A DNA stretch of 64,000 nt from the human T2T-CHM13v2.0 reference genome, Homo sapiens: the NCBI RefSeq assembly GCF_009914755.1, contig NC_060940.1. One strand, written 5' to 3'. The position numbers were made by a program, and so were the translations under genes. The notes under the pieces are model-generated. The model was not told the DNA's origin. It did no database searches and saw only the letters and a program-made list of their open reading frames with translations. Positions 62,095 to 64,000 of the stretch are shown here, piece by piece; position 1 is the first letter of the stretch, and each line of letters starts with the position of its first letter.

Positions 62095-62330
62095 TGAGCA
62101 TGGAGGGAACTTCATCTCGTAGTCACTGGATAAGGAGCCAGTCCTGGCTCTTCCTTTAACTGCCCTTGTGACCTTGAACATGTCAGTTCATCTCACCACG
62201 TAGTCATTTTCTCATCCGTCTCTTCAGGCTAATAATCACCTGTCCTGCCTTCCTCACAGGCTTGCCGGGCAACCCAAAAGAGCCGCTGATCTGCATAGCA
62301 CTTCGCAATGAAGCTGTGCTCTAGAAACAT
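62095..62330 (+). mobile_element. MIR SINE
   Basis: 'agtcctggctct...tgtgaccttgaacatgtca...ttttctcatccgt...aataatcacctgtcctgccttcctcacagg'. Confidence 0.75.
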
Positions 62331-62450
62331 ACCACGATCTACTGGACTTTCTTAAATAAGGTGGTTGTTCAGGAAATTCCTCCAGTTAATTTTACTTTAA
62401 TTCCCCCTACAAGAATGCCGAGACACCTCTGCCTATTTTCTCTTTCTGTG

Positions 62451-62759
62451 TTTGTTGTTTCTTTTGTTTTTGTTTTCGAGACTGAGTCTTGCTCTGTCGC
62501 CCAGGATGGAGTACAGCAGTGCAATCTCGGCTCACTGCAGCCTCCAACTCCCGGCTCCAGTGATTCTCCTGTCTCAGTCTCCCAAGTAGCTGGGATTACA
62601 GGGATGCGCCACCATGCCCAGCTAATTTTTTGTATTTTTAGTAGAGACGGGGTTTCACCATGTTGGCCAGGCTGGTCTTGAACTCCTGACCTGAGTTGAT
62701 CTGCTCACGTCGGCCTCCCAGAGTGCTAGGATTAAAGGTGTGAGCCACCGTGCCTGGCC
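62451..62759 (-). mobile_element. AluS SINE
   Basis: Full dimer; TSD tctttctgt. Confidence 0.95.
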
Positions 62760-63075
62760 TCTTTCTGTTTCAAAGAAATAGTCAAGAAGTTTCTAGATGC
62801 ACACAAAATGACCAAACCAGTCTTTCCGCTTATTTACACAATGAAGAAACATCAGAGTTCACCCTGGAAGACAGAGTTTCTTTCTGTCTTCATCCTAGGG
62901 CACAGGAGAGATGCAGTGATGGCATGTCTCCACTCTGCAGACATGTTGCAGGCCTGGAAAACTGTGTGGTGCGTCTGTTTTTCAGAGCGTTGAGAGTCAT
63001 GCGGGCCATATGGATGCAGTGGTCCACAGAATTGGCAGTGAGCCCCCGGGGGAGCTCAGTGCAAGACAAGATTCT

Positions 63076-63153
63076 GGCGTAAGAACTGCGGTAGCAAGGA
63101 CAAGAGGGCGTCACGGTGTAAGAATGGCCGTGGCAAGGACAAGAGGACATCAC
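63076..63153. repeat. 39-bp imperfect tandem duplication, 2 copies, 32/39 identical
   Basis: ggcgtaagaactgcggtagcaaggacaagagggcgtcac versus ggtgtaagaatggccgtggcaaggacaagaggacatcac. Confidence 0.9.
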
Positions 63154-64000
63154 ACGATGACCTTCTCAGAGTCAGTAGGATAGTTTCCCTTCCTGGAAGA
63201 TTGAGATGAAATAAAGCTTTAGGAGTTGGTATCGCACGCAGGCATTAAATGGATTGTGAAGAGGGACTTTGTTCCCGCTCAGTCTTGTCTCTGCCTCCGT
63301 AAAGGAGTAAGTTAAAAAAGAAAGTTTCTTTTTTTTAAAAAAAAGCCTTACTGCTCAATAAATCCCTGTGGAAAAAAAAAAAAGAGGGGGAAAAAGGAAT
63401 GCACATTAGTCTTCCATTAAAAATAGATCAAAAAAGTACCCAAAAGAGAAAACCCCATAACAATGAAATAAATTAGGATAATCCAACTGGAGGCCTGCAA
63501 ATGAGTTTGCTAAATGTTATATTTTCTCAAGCCACTTAGATTTTTAACTCCCTGTTTCTGCCTGAAGCAATAAAGGCAGGAACGCTGTCATTAGCTTCAA
63601 ACACCATTTTTTAAGCCCCTAGCTGCATTTGTTATTTTTCTCTTCCCCCCCTTAGCTGTATCCCTGCATTTATTACAGCGCAGGTGCATCTTGCTTTTGA
63701 GTGCTAACTGAGATGAAAGGAGTGAGAAAACGCTCTCTTCTTCTTGCAGGGGAGGGCTGGCAAATTCAGTGAATGCAGAGTCGGCTGGGAGCCTTTCGGC
63801 TGGAAAGCTCTTCCTCTGATGAGCTGTCTGTTACAGATTTTCAGGGATGGCCCTTGATAAGGCAGGGGTGTCTGTCCACGCCACACTGTGGTCAGATAAC
63901 CCCCGATCGTAATAAGCCGGAGGATAATCGCTTGCATTGTTCAATAAAGCAATTGCTTTGTCCCCTCACTTAGCCCCTTCAGAAAAGCCAAAAAGAATGT

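Overview
Primate (very likely human) non-coding genomic DNA. I found no protein-coding gene, RNA gene or prokaryote-type system that I can support. The window is a mosaic of transposable elements: about 28 Alus (J, S and Y classes, including one near-consensus AluYc1-like copy), old L1M fragments, a 5'-truncated L1PA, L2 and MIR relics, MER58/MER94 DNA-transposon MITEs, and about 10 solo LTRs (MER51, LTR8B, LTR8A, three THE1, MLT1, MER21, LTR16/33-like). These are separated by repeat-poor blocks rich in homeodomain, octamer and CRE motifs that look like conserved enhancers. Most of the better-preserved LTRs and the long L1 lie on the minus strand, weakly suggesting an intron of a large plus-strand gene, which I cannot name. 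The only real protein homology in the ORF track is decayed L1 ORF2; the rest is Alu-derived or chance ORFs. The most unusual observations are local: a shared junction sequence between two neighbouring LTR8 solo LTRs (possible gene conversion), an inverted (TG)n/(CA)n pair, a duplication flanking only A8, two adjacent AluJ linkers each hit by a younger element, and a 39-bp duplication inside a 57-codon micro-ORF. Repeat subfamily names come from recalled consensus sequences and need RepeatMasker/Dfam confirmation; boundaries of old elements are approximate.
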